A DNA stretch of 64,000 nt from Gammaproteobacteria bacterium (GTDB lineage: Bacteria; Pseudomonadota; Gammaproteobacteria; Eutrophobiales; Eutrophobiaceae): contig CBDCTH010000012.1 of NCBI GenBank assembly GCA_965222155.1, positions 1,760,001 to 1,824,000 on the forward strand, read 5' to 3'. Shown piece after piece: positions 60,950 to 64,000 of the stretch (position 1 is the stretch's first letter; every line of letters begins with the position of its first letter). A program made the position numbers and the translations under genes. Below the pieces are notes generated by a model. It did no database searches. It saw only the letters and a list, made by a program, of their open reading frames with translations, and was not told the origin of the DNA.

Positions 60950-63106
60950 ATGATGTGGAAGTGGCGATTAGATGTGTTATGTGTAACAGGACTATTGGTC
61001 ATGTCAGCCGGAGCCTGCAGCCAATTGCCTCTTCACATGCAGTCGGGAACAACGAGCAACGAGGCTGATACCAGTGTAACGCCAGCCACAACTGCGGAAA
61101 CCGGCGCCGCAAAAATTGTTGATCCCAGATCCCTGCCACCTCCAAGCAGTAAAGGTAAACAATATATCATCGAACTGGGCAGTAGCGAATTTGTTGCCGA
61201 TGTAGAGCCTATAAAAAAAGACCCATCCGGTCCCGGTACTATTACCCTGAATTTCCAGGATTCCGACATCCGGGAATTTATTAAAGTGGTTGTGGGTGAC
61301 GTGTTGAATAAAAATTACGTCATTGATGAAAAAGTGGTCGGAAAAGTCACGATAGCCACCGCAAAACCCGTCCGTAAAGCAATGTTAATGGCCTTACTGG
61401 AGGATATCCTTGCCATGAATGGTGCCGCGATTATAAAAGACGGTGATATCTATCGGATCGTGCCAAAAAATCAGGCCGTCAAAGGCAACCTGTCACCGGC
61501 TTTGTCAAGGCAAATCGACGAAGGTTATTCGGTCAGAATCATTCCATTGCAATTTATTGCCGCGCAGGAAATGCAGAAAATTCTGGAACCCTTTCTGACT
61601 GAAGGCAGTGAATTGCGTATCGACAAGAAAAGAAACCTGGTAATAATCGCAGGTAATCAACAGGAAATTGCCACAGTGCAAGACACCGTCGATGTGTTCG
61701 ATGTGGATTGGTTGCGCGGCATGTCGATGGGACTGTATCCTCTGGATTACGTTGAACCGGCAACGTTGAAAACCGAACTCGATTCGGTCCTGGCCGCAAT
61801 TGAAGCGGATAACAGCAGCGAATTGTTGCACGGACTCGTGCGTACGGTGCCAATCGATCGGCTCCAATCCATCCTGTTGATCAGTTCGACGCCCGCAGCG
61901 CTACGGGAGGTTGAGATTTGGATACATCGACTGGACCGACCGAGCAAGTCGTTGGATAAGCGCTTGTATGTGTATAACGTACAAAACGCCAAGGCAGATG
62001 ATTTAGGTGGAATCCTCGGGCAGATTTTCAATACTGCCGCGAAGACCGTCTCAGCACCGGTCAGAGACGTGCAACTGGCGCCGGGTTTAAGCCCGGTTGA
62101 GATTACCGCAGACGCTAACCAACCGGCCGCAACTCGAACTACTAGCGATGGTGAAGGCGGGATGGCCCTGCCTTCCGGTCAGTCGGTTGAAATTATTGCC
62201 GATGACGTTCGCAATGCGCTTGTGATACTGGCCACGCCGCAGGATTACAAGATGGTGGAAATAGCGCTGGCCAAGCTGGATGTCGTGCCGTTACAGGTAT
62301 TGATTGAAGCCAGTATTATCGAGGTCAGCCTGAAAGACGACCTGAATTACGGCATAGAGTGGTTTTTCAAGAATTCCATTGAGCGGGGAAACGTCACGGA
62401 AGGGCGGGGTACTCTGGACCTTGGTGAGCCGGGTCTGTCGGCGCTGAGCTCCTCTTTCTCTTATGCCATTGTTGATAACGCTGAACAGGTGCGAGTTGCG
62501 TTGAATGCCCTTGAGCAGGAATCGGAAGTGAACGTGTTATCTTCCCCATCCCTGATGGTGCTCGACAACCAGACGGCGTTTATTAACGTGGGGGATGAGA
62601 TCCCCGTCCCCGCCCGACAATCGGTCAGTAATATCAATCCTGACTCACCGACTGTTAACGAAATCCAGTTCAGACAGACCGGTGTGACGCTCACTGTCAC
62701 CCCACGCGTGAACAGCAGCGGTCTGGTGACGATGGAAATCAAGCAGGAAGTCAGCAACGCGGTCAATACCACTTCATCAGAGATTGATGCCCCCACCATT
62801 CAGTTGCGTCAATTGGAAAGCACTGTAGCTATTAACTCGGGGGAAACCATTGTCTTAGGTGGACTGATTCAAGACACGGAAACCAAGGCGGAGAGCGGCA
62901 TACCGATCCTACACCGTATTCCCCTCCTGGGCAAATTGTTCGGACAGACCCGGGATGAGATGCGCCGCACGGAGTTGCTGATCATGATCACGCCCCGGGT
63001 AATACGCAATCGCAACGAAGCAAAAGAGGTAACAGAAGAATTCAAACGTAAACTCCGGGGAATCTCGCCACCGGCCCGACAAAACCAGGAAGAAGTGACT
63101 TCTTGA
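60950..63106 (+). CDS. gspD: Type II secretion secretin GspD (probable lipoprotein)
   Basis: TLNFQDSDI, QVLIEASIIEV, LSSPSLMVLDN, GETIVLGGLI and IPLLGKLF; Cys-containing signal (AGAC). Confidence 0.95.
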   Translation: MMWKWRLDVLCVTGLLVMSAGACSQLPLHMQSGTTSNEADTSVTPATTAETGAAKIVDPRSLPPPSSKGKQYIIELGSSEFVADVEPIKKDPSGPGTITLNFQDSDIREFIKVVVGDVLNKNYVIDEKVVGKVTIATAKPVRKAMLMALLEDILAMNGAAIIKDGDIYRIVPKNQAVKGNLSPALSRQIDEGYSVRIIPLQFIAAQEMQKILEPFLTEGSELRIDKKRNLVIIAGNQQEIATVQDTVDVFDVDWLRGMSMGLYPLDYVEPATLKTELDSVLAAIEADNSSELLHGLVRTVPIDRLQSILLISSTPAALREVEIWIHRLDRPSKSLDKRLYVYNVQNAKADDLGGILGQIFNTAAKTVSAPVRDVQLAPGLSPVEITADANQPAATRTTSDGEGGMALPSGQSVEIIADDVRNALVILATPQDYKMVEIALAKLDVVPLQVLIEASIIEVSLKDDLNYGIEWFFKNSIERGNVTEGRGTLDLGEPGLSALSSSFSYAIVDNAEQVRVALNALEQESEVNVLSSPSLMVLDNQTAFINVGDEIPVPARQSVSNINPDSPTVNEIQFRQTGVTLTVTPRVNSSGLVTMEIKQEVSNAVNTTSSEIDAPTIQLRQLESTVAINSGETIVLGGLIQDTETKAESGIPILHRIPLLGKLFGQTRDEMRRTELLIMITPRVIRNRNEAKEVTEEFKRKLRGISPPARQNQEEVTS

Positions 63107-63329
63107 ATATTGGTACCGCAGAATATATCGAGGAGATACCGGGTACGATAGCCGCGGGGCTAACGTGGTGAGAGAGACAATATACTAATTAATAAAAGAA
63201 AAAAATTAATCTTCAAATTAGCATTCCTCACGGCCCGACCGAAAACTCCTGTAAGCCGCTTTTGCAGTAAAAGCTCGGACTACTGAAGGCGACTGCTGGT
63301 ATATAGAGAGTTTCTTTTCTTATTGATAA

Positions 63330-64000
63330 TCAAAATCGATAGCTTGCGCCTAACTGTATATTCCGGCCGAACAGGGTATATTGCCCTTGCAGGCTGTCCA
63401 ATCCGTGATAGTTATCCCTGGCTTCGTTCAGGAGACCCCATCCTTCGACGAACAAGCGGAGTTGCTTGTTGAAGTCATAGCTTACCTGGAATGACAAATC
63501 GCCTTCTCCACGGTTAACGGTGAACGCCCGCGCCGGCCGTTGCGGCCGGGTAAACTCAGACCTGTATCGATAAGACGCCCGGGCGCCAAACTTGTCGCGG
63601 TGATAGTGCAAGGTGACATTACCGATGTGTTCTGACTGCCCGTCCAGGCCGAATGTGCCGGAATTAAAGGTCTCGGACAATTCTATGTTGGAATCCGTCC
63701 AGGTATAGGTCGCGTAAATGCCCACATCTCCATAACCTTCCGGCAAGAGATCGGTAAAAGTATGTTGCACAGTGGCTTCAATCCCCAGAATTCTTCCTCC
63801 AGCGCCATTTGCGGCAATAAATGAGGTGACCCTGTCGTCTGAGGGTCCTGATTCAGTCCTGGCCTGGGTGATGAAGGTATCCATGTCCTTGTAAAAAAAG
63901 GCTAATGCCAACCCGGTGTCCCTGTCAAAATATCTCTCGAAACTCAGGTCGAACTGGTTGGCAATATACGGTCTGAGATACGGGTTTCCGCCACCGTTTG
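63330..64000 (-). CDS. TonB-dependent receptor, C-terminal part (5' end outside window)
   Basis: GNPYLRPY..NQFDL, FYKD, RASYRYRSE and C-terminal YRF. Confidence 0.88.
   Translation of the reverse strand, partial: NGGGNPYLRPYIANQFDLSFERYFDRDTGLALAFFYKDMDTFITQARTESGPSDDRVTSFIAANGAGGRILGIEATVQHTFTDLLPEGYGDVGIYATYTWTDSNIELSETFNSGTFGLDGQSEHIGNVTLHYHRDKFGARASYRYRSEFTRPQRPARAFTVNRGEGDLSFQVSYDFNKQLRLFVEGWGLLNEARDNYHGLDSLQGQYTLFGRNIQLGASYRF

Overview
64-kb bacterial chromosomal window, probably a TonB-receptor-rich Gammaproteobacterium (inferred from gene content only). From left to right: (1) an AT-rich, tightly coupled three-gene operon encoding an SPPY-type DNA methyltransferase (cut by the window edge), a protein kinase fused to an ORC/CDC6-like AAA+ ATPase (split by a frameshift), and a protein with two CARF-like Rossmann repeats. 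This is the best candidate for an undescribed defence or signalling system. (2) A complete IS5 element upstream of phoD. (3) A catabolic region with an active-site-divergent AhcY homologue, AraC regulator, TonB-dependent receptors, a Rieske oxygenase, a dimethylglycine dehydrogenase-like flavoprotein, 5-oxoprolinase, hydantoinase A/B, exported amidohydrolases and an esterase. It is interrupted by two ABC-ATPase + DUF4276 (TOPRIM-like) modules, one intact and one pseudogenised, and by an ISAs1-type MITE. (4) An eight-gene operon that reads as an oxidative N-acetyl-hexosamine (probably galacto-configured) pathway ending in DgoK/DgoA, with an RpiR regulator displaced by an IS remnant and a toxin-antitoxin pair. 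(5) An Xps-type type II secretion operon (gspE-N, gspD). Many gene fragments, deletion junctions and CGTC-type REP palindromes indicate ongoing erosion. No rRNA, tRNA or CRISPR array was seen. All family calls come from motif recognition by eye; no database searches were run.
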